A stretch of DNA of 64,000 bases from Ramazzottius varieornatus (lineage: Eukaryota > Animalia > Tardigrada). The translations under genes and the position numbers were made by a program. Below the pieces are notes generated by a model that made no database searches, was not told where the DNA came from, and saw only the letters and a list, made by a program, of their open reading frames with translations. Where the stretch lies: the NCBI GenBank assembly GCA_001949185.1, contig BDGG01000016.1:620001-684000 (forward strand), read 5' to 3'. The stretch's first letter is position 1; the number at the start of each line of letters is the position of its first letter. Of the stretch, positions 43,308 to 54,387 are shown piece after piece.

Positions 43308-43739
43308 CCTAATATCGAAAATCACTTAGTAGGGGCTTACAAAGACTGAGCTGGCTTCGTGGTGTAATTACTTGGTCCGTAATTTTTACTGGCCCATGAT
43401 ATCCCGTGGTTCGTGTTTAGCAGCAATAAACAGTCACGCTACTTTAAACTGCCACTGATGTGGAACAAGATTAGTCTGCGTGCGTGTAGAAAGACCAGCC
43501 GCAACATGCAGTTTTAACTGTTATGTGTGAAGTCACGTCGATCAGCTGATCGGTACAGCCGCGCCGTTACGTGTTAAAGATGTGGCGGTAGTCCCGTGCC
43601 GCTATGGTGTGGCGAGCAGCACAAATCATCCATCATATTCGCTCATTAGTCATTACCGACGGAAGAAGCATTGACGATGGTACATGCGGCCTGTTTTTGG
43701 GCTAATGATTCAGACTCTGTAGAGTTCCCCATGGCGAAA

Positions 43740-44160
43740 ATATACTACTTTAACCACTCAGAGTTCTTTGCACTCGCCAAGAACCGGTTTCTTGCATCCT
43801 TCCACGGGATGGTTGATCTCTCACCAAAGCTCGACCTTTCCCCTTCCAATGCACTTCCAGGTTGGCTCTCCGGTAGTACTAAGTTCCCGCTTGGACTGGC
43901 GTACTACACATTGTGCCGTGTTCTTTTATCAACTTCTAATCTGTCGATTGAAACGGGCCGAAGAGCGGAAGTGCGGGAAGATCGGAAGTGCCGTCTCTGC
44001 TTAGTCGGAATCGAGGAAGAAGGACATATCATGACTAGCTGTCGGCCATCACACTAACTCACTAGCGGGCAATAGCGCATGACACGCCTGCATGCTTCTG
44101 AGAGCGCTTCTTTATACTCACTGCTACGCGACAAATGGTCAGATGACCTGACGTACGAAG
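43740..44160 (+). mobile_element. 5'-truncated, decayed non-LTR retrotransposon (ORF2 C-terminal zinc-knuckle region)
   Basis: SNLSIETGR...EDRKCRLC..GIEEEGHIMTSC matches the LxIExGR...RxCxxC...EDExHF..C motif at the end of many LINE ORF2 proteins. Confidence 0.65.
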
Positions 44161-44299
44161 AAAGCAAATGCTAGTTTCAGATTATGAATTTCCCCTTAAA
44201 CACGTTCGGAGGAATAGGTGTAGACTATGCTCTTTAACAAGTGTCAGGGCTGACCGCGGTATCTTCTATGGTTTCTCCTTGGGTTCCGCGTTTGGCTTT

Positions 44300-45250
44300 C
44301 CCCTCGGTCCGTCAATGGGTATGCCACTGCTGGGAACTGTCGCTCAACCGAGATCCACAGCCGACGTATGAACGGCCGATCCTACACGGGATGACAACGA
44401 ACCAACAAGCCACTGCAGCGACCACCTCCTAACCTTGCCACTGCGACCATCAAGCCGACCCGTCTTCAGGTTTCTCAAGCCAGCGTCCTCCACCACGCAG
44501 CAGCGGCAGCAGAGAACGTTGCCAGTGTCGGTCGACCAGATGTGAACATCGACCTCGGATCGATCGGCTCACCGCGCAAACCATTCGACCGCCGTCGCCT
44601 CGGCAATCATCCGCCTCACCAACGTATCTCAGAGTCCGAGGTCGAAGCCACGGTGGAAGTGGTGGAGCTCATGGCCGCTCGAATGGACGCGGCGGTGGTC
44701 GAGGGGACGGTCGTGGCAGTCGGGCACAACGAGCACACAACGTTCGACGTGGTGGACACCAGAGAAGTGAACGTGATATTGGGGGGCAACGGCGAACCTG
44801 CCCAAGGAACTATGGAGGAGGATGGTCGACGAATGGCCATCAGAACCTCGACCCGCCAAACAAGGCGAGCAAGCGTCCGTCGGTACTACAAGATTCGCAG
44901 AGGACCCTCGCGACGGACAGCGAAGGCTCAACGTCGTATATGGACCAGCTCGAGCATCAAACCGGGAACGAGAAAGCCAGTCGGACATCGACACGGACAA
45001 GTAAACACCTGAATGAAACACATGAAACGAACGCGGAAAGAACGCTCCCTCATCTCCTTGTTTAGTGGTTAGTTGTCTTTGCTATGCCTTTGCGAGTTTT
45101 CTACCTTCTCACTGGTCGATCTCTTGAAGTTAATCTTGGTTGCTTTTCCTTGCGCAGAGCTAGTATTACAGTAATTTTGTATCTTACCTTAGCCTCTGAC
45201 GATGGAGGAAGCCGTCGACTAGATTGTCGGGGCTCATTAAATCTATCTAT
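44300..45250 (+). repeat. Dispersed repeat with an RGG-rich reading frame, copy 1
   Basis: Colinear with the reverse complement of 51262-52071, e.g. GGTCGACCAGATGTGAA.ATCGA...GGATCGATCGGCTCACCGCGCAAACCATTCGACCGCCGTCG and the 3' CTCTTGAAGTT...GACTAGATTGTCG block. Confidence 0.8.
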
Positions 45251-45605
45251 CTACACAAAGTCATATTTTTGCTACCCAAAAATCATCCACTTGTTGAGAC
45301 TTATCTTTCGCCTTTCGGTATTCTGGATTGTTTTCTACAAAAATGTGTCTGTTGTTCTTGTTACAGGTGGCACGTTGCCCGATACTTCCCATCGGACCGC
45401 AATGGAAACTCTATCCGAGATGCACGAGAGACTACAGTAGTGTTCCACAGTACATGGTTAATAGTGCATCCTGTTTTCCGAATATCCTTCAGGAGTTCGC
45501 AGACTGGTTGTTCCAGCTAGGCTTGATTCGGCGTGATGGATCTAACAAAAGAGGCTGGATCATTGCAGCAGACCAGTAACGCAGAATCATTAACATACTT
45601 AGGAC

Positions 45606-45700
45606 GTGGGCAAATGAACTGAAGTTCAACCAGACTGACATCGTGGAAGTGGCGCTCGCTGTTATCGTTTTTGGCTCAAGGTGTGCGCCACTGCACTATC
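45606..45700. repeat. Same family, copy outside any recognised gene
   Basis: GTGGGCAAATGAACTG outer arm; AAGTGGCGCTC, 25-nt spacer, GTGCGCCACT. Confidence 0.65.
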
Positions 45701-46974
45701 TCGCAGATTCAGTACCGCTGTTACGCGCTACGGCTGTCAGAGCGCTGACCAACACGGAGTACATAAACCTTTCACCTCACAACCGTTACGGATCGATCGG
45801 GGTTTGGGTGGAATATTTCAGACGGGACTTTAACACCCTGATTACCACCGTACTCACTGTGAGTACAACACGGCCTTTTTTCGCTCCCAATAATTTCCAT
45901 TTTGCCCGGTTTGAATCAAACACATTTTCATTGCCTGGTCTGCGGTCTTATCACCGAAACGCAGCTGATGACTACTGGTCAGTACAACTTCCGCAGGCTG
46001 GAAAAAATCCTTACGATTTCGGGCAGTTTTGGGAGTATTCTAGGTCTCATGTCTTTGCCTGAGATACATAGCTGCCATCTGTTTAGAAAAAATTGAAACA
46101 CTAAGGAGAGCTTCCTTTACCGATACTAGGCTTGGGACAAACTTGGTGTCATCGGTGCGTCCAGAAAAAAATCAAAACGGTCAGGGCTACTTTTCTCAAG
46201 TTGGCCTTCACGGCCTGCCAATCTCCACAATTCGAAATTGTGAAAGTTGTCAATTGGTTAATTTGGGTTACGCCTTCCAATTTCCTGCAGTTAGAGTTCT
46301 GTGTTCACTGTGAGTACGCTGGTAATCTGCCGACACGAAGAGCTTGGTATTCAGGGTGTTAAAGGTACGCCGGGTAACGCGGCCGACGATGCTCTCAAAG
46401 CAGCTTATGTGATTCTGTGTCTGGTCGAGGATCACGTCTGGCTGAGTGGCACTCGTGAAGTCTACCCTGAATCCCCAATTCCGAATGATTCCTGAGCCTG
46501 CAAGACTCGACTGTTGGTCAAACAACTTTCTGTCATTCCTGATTTAGCGCAATGTTCTTCTGGTATTCGCTCATTGCAATGCTCTGGAGCAAGTTCCTAG
46601 ATCTCTGAGACCGCACTTTTCCCTGGTACTCTAAGCTTGCGGTTTTGTCCTATTTTACTCTTCTGTGGGAACTCATACTTGGTGTTCAACCACATCAAAG
46701 TTTCGTTATTCATTTATCGCTGGTTAATTTAACAATATTTTCTGATGTTTGTATGTTCATATTGCCGTCGATAATTCTGGACGGTTTTATCCTAATTTCT
46801 GGCAAGACTACATCATTGTCTTTGTTTCAAACTTGTACCCTTTCAGTGAACCTTACTGCCAGCACAGTTTCAGAAATCAGGGAAGTAAACTGAGGAACTA
46901 TGGATCGTCGCAACCATTGGATGACAAATTAAAACGATACGAACATCGATGGTCAAGTATGGACTCATGAAAAG

Positions 46975-48060
46975 CTAAACAGTCATCGTCTGGACCAAAG
47001 ATTTCCACGAGTCCTCGGTCAAGCTAACCATCAGCTGCCGGAAACTATCCTCCCCAGCGTTTGTTTGACTACATGTCCTCACAAGTTGCTCGAGTCCGTC
47101 ATCTTCTTCTCCAGCAGCTCCAACTGGACAGCAGACCGGAATCTGGTCGTCGTCCAAGAACAGACTAGCTTTCTCATCCCGAATCAAAAAGCTGAAACAG
47201 AAAAAGTTCTCCACTGTCTTTGTGAAAGACTCAGGGTCCACACAGAGCCGCAGTAATGACACGGGCTTTTGTGTCTCCAGAAAGACTTCCATCAACGTCT
47301 GGCTCAGCTGGATGATACGATCCATGGTGTGGTCCGTGCTGACTGATGCTCCGTCCAGCACCACCTTCTCAGCTTGCTCGACCTTCCGAACCTTCTTCGG
47401 TCCTCCTTTCTCTTTCTTGACTGCTTCTCGCTTTTGTGTTTGAGCTTTAGAAAGAGGTGACTTGCCTTCCTTGGAAGTAGCATACGAACCGTAGATCGTG
47501 GACAAGTCGGGAGCCAAGCCGGGCTGGACGGATCGAAGAAGGTCCACGAGGCTGACGTAGATATCTCCGCTGTTCTGGTCTTTCTGCCCTGGTTCTTCGG
47601 TATCGCTGTCCTCTTCCAGGGTGTCTGGGCTAACCTGGTTGATTAAGAACTTCGAGAAGATTTTAGAGTTCCAAGTGGACTTCCGGATCCGAATGCTTCG
47701 GATGGTCGTCGTACCTAGATGAAGGAAAATAAATCTGCATCATTCTCTTCTCTTCTTTGTTTGAATAAAACTTTTTCTCGTACTGATGATGCCCAGACGT
47801 TCATTAAGCGCAGCATCTGACACAACTTGTCGGGGTCGTCCTTTCTGCCCGACGATCTCTCCTACTTGAAGCAGCTCTTTCTCGTGGGCGATAACTTGAC
47901 GGAGTGACTCCTCCGCACTGATGTCCAGGATGTCGTTCTCATGGTCCAGTTTACGACCTAGAGTGGACAGCGCTTCGTCGACAACAATTGCGTCGTCCTG
48001 GTCGTCATCTTCCGACCCAGATGCGGATCCTTCGACCATCTGCGCGTCGCTGTCGCCCAT
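46975..48060 (-). CDS. NSMCE4A: SMC5/6 kleisin subunit NSE4 (intron about 47716-47800)
   Basis: PRQVVSDA (Nse4-Nse3 binding region) and the Nse4_C signature LLRLCVDPESFTKTVENFFCFSFLIRD...Q.MVSLT..SWKSLV. Confidence 0.82.
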
Positions 48061-48199
48061 CGTCTGCTAGCCAGAGACTATCCTCAGACAACACAACCAC
48101 GGTCAGAATGTATTTCAGGGGAAAGAACCAGTGAATGCTTTGGAAACTGGGGAATGAAGCTTTTTCTTCTCCTTTCCGGCGGCAACAGCTGATTCGCAA

Positions 48200-48340
48200 C
48201 TAAAACAAATCAAGATTTCCGCCTAATCAAGCGAGCAGATATGTGATATAGGCGGTTCCATTTGGTGGCCCCATGCATTCGATTGGCCGGCGCCAGAAGC
48301 GATAGTTGTGACATCACCGGAAGTGACAGATCGAGTTCAG
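48200..48340. promoter_or_regulatory. Bidirectional promoter between NSE4 and the FIRRM-like gene
   Basis: Head-to-head ATGs about 375 bp apart; reverse CCAAT (GATTGG, 48281) and ETS-type CCGGAAGTG (48317-48325). Confidence 0.5.
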
Positions 48341-48435
48341 ATTTTCGGGCATTTCCAACTCCTTACCTTCCGTCTGATCTGTTTCGCATCTTTCAGGAAG
48401 AGCGCCAGGAAGCCCAGAAATTTCTGTGGAGCAGC

Positions 48436-50959
48436 ATGGTTGTCTCGCAAAAGACTGACAGGACTCAGATAAGGAGTAGGGACGGAATGGACGCAGGCGA
48501 TCGCGAGCCCATATCAGCTGTATCCGAAGACTCTCCGATGGAAGACCAAGGATTAATGGACTTCGATACCTGTGTAACAGAAATCCGAGTAGGATTGGAG
48601 GAACTTGACAAGAAGGTAAGCTGATTATGAACAGGCTGCGTTGGAAGAATTCCGTATTACAGCAACCACAGCATATCTCCCATTACCACATTATCTTGCA
48701 GGATCCCACGTCCATCACCTCGGACGATGTCCAGCCACTATGCGCTCCTCTTGATTTCCTGAAAGAGTTATCCGCTCTCCCCACCTTCAAACTAACGGTG
48801 CAGAAACGTCCCTCGCAAGTTCTCCATATGATTCTTCGGGCTTACAGGTCGTCAGAAAATTTTAACCTACGCATTAACATACTCGACAAGATCGTTTTCC
48901 CAATCGACGCACGTGCTCAGCAGTTATAAGAGAAAACGTGCGCCACTTGGGGGACAGTAATCGTGTCTGGTTTGTTTACCGAAGTTTATTCAACGGACTT
49001 ATACTCTTTGTTCTGAGGTGATTGCACCTTTCAGGTATCATACGCCTAGTTTGCCCTCTTCCCAACTTTCGGACGCCGCCAAAGATACCTTGATGGCTTC
49101 TTTGAAACCCTGTTTGCATTCTGTTATTCGTGTGACCATAGCCCAAGAGGAATTTGCGAAAGAATGTCTAGGGATGAAGTTAACCTCCAGAGACGAAGCC
49201 TTCTCAATGACTCTGGTTCTCTGCATGGTCACAACAGGCATTACCAAACTTGGTGTTCCTGGCAAGACTCCGGGCTCGTGGTGGTTGCTGATCGATGCTT
49301 CCGGACACCTGCTACTGATGAAGCAGTACTTGAGCTGTATCGGTTTGCTTTCGAAAGAGATCTGCACGCCCGTTTACATGAAGATAAAAGACGATAAATT
49401 GTTCGTACCAAACTTAGTTCCATTTTCCCTCTATCTGTGTCTTTTGAAGTTGGGTTTGTGTTTCAGAGATGTTTACTTCTACGTGTTGACATCCGCTAGC
49501 ATGATGGTCCTCACACTCTTGTCGAAGCCCATGAGCGCATGCGTTCTTTGCTTGATGGACACGCTGAAAGAGACCAAAAGCTCGCTGGCGGCTTTGTTCG
49601 TTTCAGATCTTCTTGCCTTTATTTCCAGGTATGGAATCCGCTGAACTCACATAAAACCCACTTCGATCGAACGCGATCAGTTCGGAAAGCCCGAAAATTT
49701 CTTTTTGGGCTTTCCAAAAAAAAGTACACATACAAGAACTTGCTTTGTGTTTGCAGGATCGCTGCCACGCCTTTCACGCTGGACTTGATCAAGGCCGTGC
49801 TGCACATTACCGGGAGTGTCTTTCGGACTAGGAACGACCGTCGGTCCGCCAACATATTGATCATAACGTGCGGTAGACTGATGAACGAAATCTCTCCTGA
49901 CGAACAAGTAAGTAATGTAGCAGTTTTTTTCCGGAAAGGTACAAATTACGAGATGAAGAGGTTAATGTGGAAAACCATTCTTTCAGGCTCTGCTTGTGGA
50001 ACAGTTCCCGATCCGTCGCCACTTCTTCTTCTGGAGCCACTTTCCTCCGAGCACTTTCCTGAACCAGCCCGACATCATCAAAGGAATGTGGGGCGAGTCC
50101 TTGTCGATTATTGGAGAAGTAACGGCAGGGTGTCCCAAGAGCGCTGCCAGTGCCACCTTCATGCTGTGCAGATTACCACTGGCTCTACAGTGTCTATATA
50201 ACTTGGAGCAACTGGCCAAAGTCCCAGAGTTCAACCATCCTGGAATAAAAGAATACCGCCAGAAGGTTCTGACGTCTTTCATGCCAGTCTTCCGCATACT
50301 CGTAGCAGTTCCTGACCGAGTGAGGTTGCCGCTTGTTCAAACTTCGGTCTGTCTTCTGCTGAAAATGGGATCTTTGATTCAGTCTGCACTTCAAGACAAA
50401 GACATTACTGATGTAAACGTTCGCTCTTTCTCTCGAATCAAAGTACAGTAAAGAAATGAGATTATCTTTTCTATATCTTTGAAGGTTCTCGAAGCGATAG
50501 TGTCGTGTCCAGACGAAGTTACCTTCCTTGGAGCTTCCAGTTTCATCGTGGCTGTAGGTCGACGCAGACCTCTAAGAGGGACCATGCCTGGTCTAGTTCA
50601 GAAGTTCTTCGCCCATCACTCCGTCTCTAAGAACCCATGGATCAAGAATGCCACCGCCTTAGCCTTGCTGGACTTCTCTAGTTGGGTCGAGTGCGAGAAA
50701 CTGATATCAGAGTGTGGAAAGTTGACAGATATGGAACTCACCCTAAGGACCTTTGAAAAGCAGGTGGGGTGATTTGCAGAAATCCAAGTGTTGCGGTGCA
50801 TTCAGGTTGCCCGTTCTAAGACCAAGTCCGGTTCACAGGATCGCAGCTTGTTCGATGGATCCTCCTGTCCAGCGGAGTTCGAGAGGTTCTTCGACAGAGT
50901 CTCTCTTATCCCCAACTAGAAAGCGGAATCTCTTCCTGATTTTCAGAGCTCATAAATAA
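48436..50959 (+). CDS. Multi-exon alpha-helical protein, possibly FIRRM/C1orf112 (DUF4487)
   Basis: Ordered GT-AG exons of Leu-rich helical sequence. The C-terminal FFAHHSVSKNPWIKNATALALLDFSSW resembles my recollection of the C1orf112 W-x(6)-AF-xx-F end. The gene is well supported; its identity is not. Confidence 0.45.
48878..48982. repeat. Same family, FIRRM-like gene intron
   Basis: ACTCGACAAGATCGTTTTCCCAATCGACGCAC, 25-nt spacer, GTGCGCCACTTGGGGGAC. Confidence 0.78.
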
Positions 50960-51261
50960 GCTTCTTACATACAGTAGTTCGAATCTACGCTCCGAAGTGC
51001 CGCATACTGGTCCACAAATCTTTCCTCATTGTACATTCTTAAGGCGCTCGAAGAGTCCTGTTGCCATAATATTGTGAGACAGTGGCGTTCTGGCAACGGC
51101 GTTTTGGTTACTGTTTTACATTTATGTCAAAAATAAATGCTTTCTGACCTCCTAGGCGTGATTCCCAAGAATAAGGTTTTCCATCTCCTCCGTAAGTTGG
51201 CACAGAGGGTTGGGCAGTTCGGTGCGTACCAATCGGGACGTCATGCTCTCGTACAAGAATG

Positions 51262-52071
51262 ATAGATGAATATCTATTGAGCCTCGACAATCTAGTCAAC
51301 GGCCTCTTCGATCTTCAGAGGATAAGGGAAGACACAAAATTACTGTAATACCAGCTTTGGGCAAGGAAAAACAACCAAGAATAACTTCAAGAGTTCGGCA
51401 CACGGAGATTATAAAACTAGAACGGGCATCAGAAGGAAAACTCGCAGAGCTATAACAGAGGCGACTAGGTTCACTAGCAGGGAAATGAGGAAGCTTCCTT
51501 CCCTCTTCGTCCAGATGTTCATTCGTCCGTGTCCATGTCCGATTAGCTTCGCTGTGCTCGGTTTGACGTTCGGGCTGGTCCTTGTTGCTGGGTGGATTCC
51601 AAGCCGATATCGTTGGCTCCTGGATGTCCGTCGCGACGGTTCTTTTCGTGGACTTGGGTTTTCCTTCCGAATCTGGGAGCACCAACGAAGACTTGAGCCT
51701 GGCTTGGCAGGTCGATGGTGCGGTGGTCATTCGAAGGCCATCCTCCTCCCGAATGTCCGGAGTTACTTCGCTGTTGTCCACCATTACCATGTCCACCTCC
51801 TCGTTGCTTGCCGCCACCACGTCCACCTTCTCGGTGTCTGCCACCATCTCGTCTAAGTTAGCTCCTCGGTGTCCGCCACCACCCCGTCCACGATTATGTC
51901 GATCAGAGCGGCCATCGGCGTCACCACGCCCACTGTTCGCCCCGAACACGGGTTTTGCTGGGGTTACGTTGGCGAGGCAGTTGACTGCCAGCCGACGGCG
52001 GTCGAATGGTTTGCGCGGTGAGCCGATCGATCCCAAATCGATCTTCACATCTGGTCGACCGACAGTGGCAA
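51262..52071 (-). repeat. Dispersed RGG-rich repeat, copy 2, truncated at its 5' end by a TIR fragment
   Basis: Homology to copy 1 stops at GGCAA (about 52071), where a roughly 34-bp TIR fragment AATAGAGAAGTTGCACTTTGCGCAGATGGTTTGAA begins. Confidence 0.8.
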
Positions 52072-52103
52072 TAGAGAAGTTGCACTTTGCGCAGATGGTT
52101 TGA

Positions 52104-52721
52104 AGGAAGATAGACTTCCGCTTTCTGGATCCCTCCTCGTTACTCATCGACCTCACTACCCCTAAGTTTTCAACGTTGAAGGACCAAACCACTGCTACCA
52201 CTTCGGACGAAATTTCAGTGCACCCCTTACCCGCCTTGATTTTGTCCGTTCGTCCTATACGACGAATATTAATAGAGAAGTTGCACTTTGTGCAGATGGT
52301 TTGAACAAACGAGAACTGATTAATTTTGAAAATCGAAGTTTATAAAAGCATTCTCTAGAAGCTTTGAGAAGTTGCACAATGTGGACGAGTCTGAGAAAAA
52401 CGATGGGACAAACGACCGATGCTGGTCATGGTGGTTTGTTTGGCAGTAATTAGCCCACCAAGTTAGAAAAGAGCCGGCTCAAATGCAAATCTGATTGACT
52501 GATTGCCCGGAGTGGAGGCCCTGTGTTGCTCGGGCACCGATTACGCTTCCCAGTGCTTCGGGCCAGCCAGGGCATTAATGACGGCAGTTCGTTCATGTTT
52601 GAGATCTACGGGTGATTTTCTTCGTGATTCACGAACGAAGCCCCCCTTCGTTTCGTCAATCGCGAGGCGAATTACAAATCTTGAACGTTTAAACTTTTCT
52701 AAATGCAATCGTTTTGTCCAG
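52104..52721 (+). repeat. 618-bp inverted duplication, left copy
   Basis: Reverse complement of 58479-59096 and nearly identical to it; the identical ORF translations in the track confirm this. Confidence 0.93.
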
Positions 52722-52764
52722 ACTATCATTTGTTCAGACCATCTGTGCAAAGTGCAACTTGTCT
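52274..52764. mobile_element. MITE with TIRs of about 36 bp; AT or ANT flanks suggest the PIF/Harbinger-ISL2EU group
   Basis: AGAGAAGTTGCACTTTGTGCAGATGGTTTGAACAAA / TTTGTTCAGACCATCTGTGCAAAGTGCAACTTGTCT, flanked by AAT and ATT. Confidence 0.8.
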
Positions 52765-53166
52765 ATTGACAACTTCCAGTCCGGTACTTACATCAGCCGG
52801 AGATGACTTTCGGAGTTGGGCAACCAATAATTAAGTCACTAGAAAAAAATATTTTAATTTGTTTGACATGAGATATAATTTAAGGATCTGTCTCTCGCTC
52901 AGTCTAATCTTTGTCTTGTACCTACTAGCATTGTGGGCGCTGTCACAGGCTTTAGCATCAATTTCCTGGAGAACGAAATATATCGACGACGCCGAAAGTT
53001 TTCTCCTCGTGAAAAATTCGAGTATCCAGGGCTACATCCGCCCACGATTGTCAAGGATGGCACTCCAAAGTTCCGCGCAAGAATTCGGTTGACGCCCGGT
53101 GAAAAGCCTCGGGTAACGCTGGCGGACTCAATCCAAAGTCAGAATCGACGGATGTCTGAATCCGAG

Positions 53167-53410
53167 TATAGAAGGCTCGGCGAAGCTAAAACAAGCCGTT
53201 TTAGCCGTTCTTAGCCGTNNNNNNNNNNNNNNNNNNNNNNNNNNNNNNNNNNNNNNNNNNNNNNNNNNTATTGTGCGTTCGAATGATTTATTGATAACAA
53301 GACTAGTCTGGCTGACTAAACATCAATAAATCAATCGGAAGCACAATACAGTTTAGCCGCGGCTAAGAACGGCTAAAGCGGCTTAGATTAGCTTCGCCGA
53401 GCCTTCTATA
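53167..53410. mobile_element. TIR element with 8-bp TSD spanning the assembly gap; true length unknown
   Basis: Perfect 23-bp TIR TATAGAAGGCTCGGCGAAGCTAA with further TTAGCCG repeats; TSD AATCCGAG at 53159-66 and 53411-18; N run 53219-53268. Confidence 0.85.
53219..53268. other. Assembly gap (50 N)
   Basis: Run of n characters. Confidence 1.
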
Positions 53411-54387
53411 AATCCGAGGTTGGGCGGGACTTCACGTTGGTTCTTCGGATGGGACGGAACCCTTTGACGGCGCGTCGCGTTCACAAAGCGGTTCGGAACA
53501 CTGCTTCGCCCGTTTTCGAGCGTATGCTAGAGTCGGACCTGGATACCTTGTTCAAATACATTTACTACGGCGTTCTGGACTTTCCGGAACCAAGGGACGA
53601 GGTGATCTCGGGCATCATGCGTGCGGCTGACAAGTACGAGCTTTTCGATCTTAAGAGCACTATGAAGAGGTGTTGTGTGGCCGAATTCGCACCCATAAAG
53701 GCTGCTATCCGGTACCTAGCTGCAAACTGTGCGCAGTCTCTTCTGCATGGAAAGTATTCCCAACTGTATCGAGGTGCACATCTGACACTCATCACGGAAG
53801 TTGACGCTGCAGTGCAAAGCCGGCTTCCAAGGAAGCGAAGCATTGACGAGGTTGATAACGCTCTTCAGTGCGACTTGGATCCGGAGGTAGATGAGTCTTA
53901 GGTTGGTTTCGTGTGATTATTTTTCCCGTTCTTCTTTGACGCTTGATGTCCTAAATTTTACTCGCAAGCTCAGCCGTATAAAATTTTCTGTATTCCGTCA
54001 GCAAATCGGATTGAACGGTTTTCACAGTCCCGTTTTTATTCTAAAGTAGTTCACGCGAAGATCTTTCCTGAAGTCGAAAATTTTTACAAAACTTGCGAAT
54101 CGGAAAAATAAATATCTTCTTGAAATACCCGAAGAACCGCACCAAAAGAACGCCGATTAGAAATTTAGAACAAACAGAAGAATAAACTGACGTCACATCC
54201 TTAACAGAGCAACAGGTATCAATATGTGCCCGAAACAGTAAAACCAGCCACTAAGAACACCCGTGAAGTAAGGTAGATCAAAATAGAAAAATGTGTCTGT
54301 CGCAAAAAGCACTGCAGAAAGCGGAGCAGAGAAACCTATCCTGAAGAAGAGAAAAATATCCAGTTTTACTCCAAAAAGATACAGCGG

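Larger units (their letters stand above)
52900..53901 (+). pseudogene. Intronless BTB-domain (SPOP/MATH-BTB-like) pseudogene interrupted by a TIR element
   Basis: Removing insertion 53167-53410 and one TSD copy restores RRMSESEVGRDFTLVL...VHKAV..TASPVFERMLESD...LFKYIYYG...IMRAADKYELFDLK, a BTB fold with an apparent internal deletion. The upstream part is frameshifted. Confidence 0.7.

Noticed and set aside
45370-46500. Coding-looking fragments with splice-like signals downstream of the RGG repeat
   Set aside because: In-frame stops and no identifiable family; possibly a pseudogene, but not supportable from the sequence.
52503-52769. Duplicated ORFs MPGVEALCC... and ...KHWEA (also at 58453-58697) as a gene pair
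   Set aside because: They lie inside a MITE within the inverted duplication, have no recognisable domain and are open on both strands.
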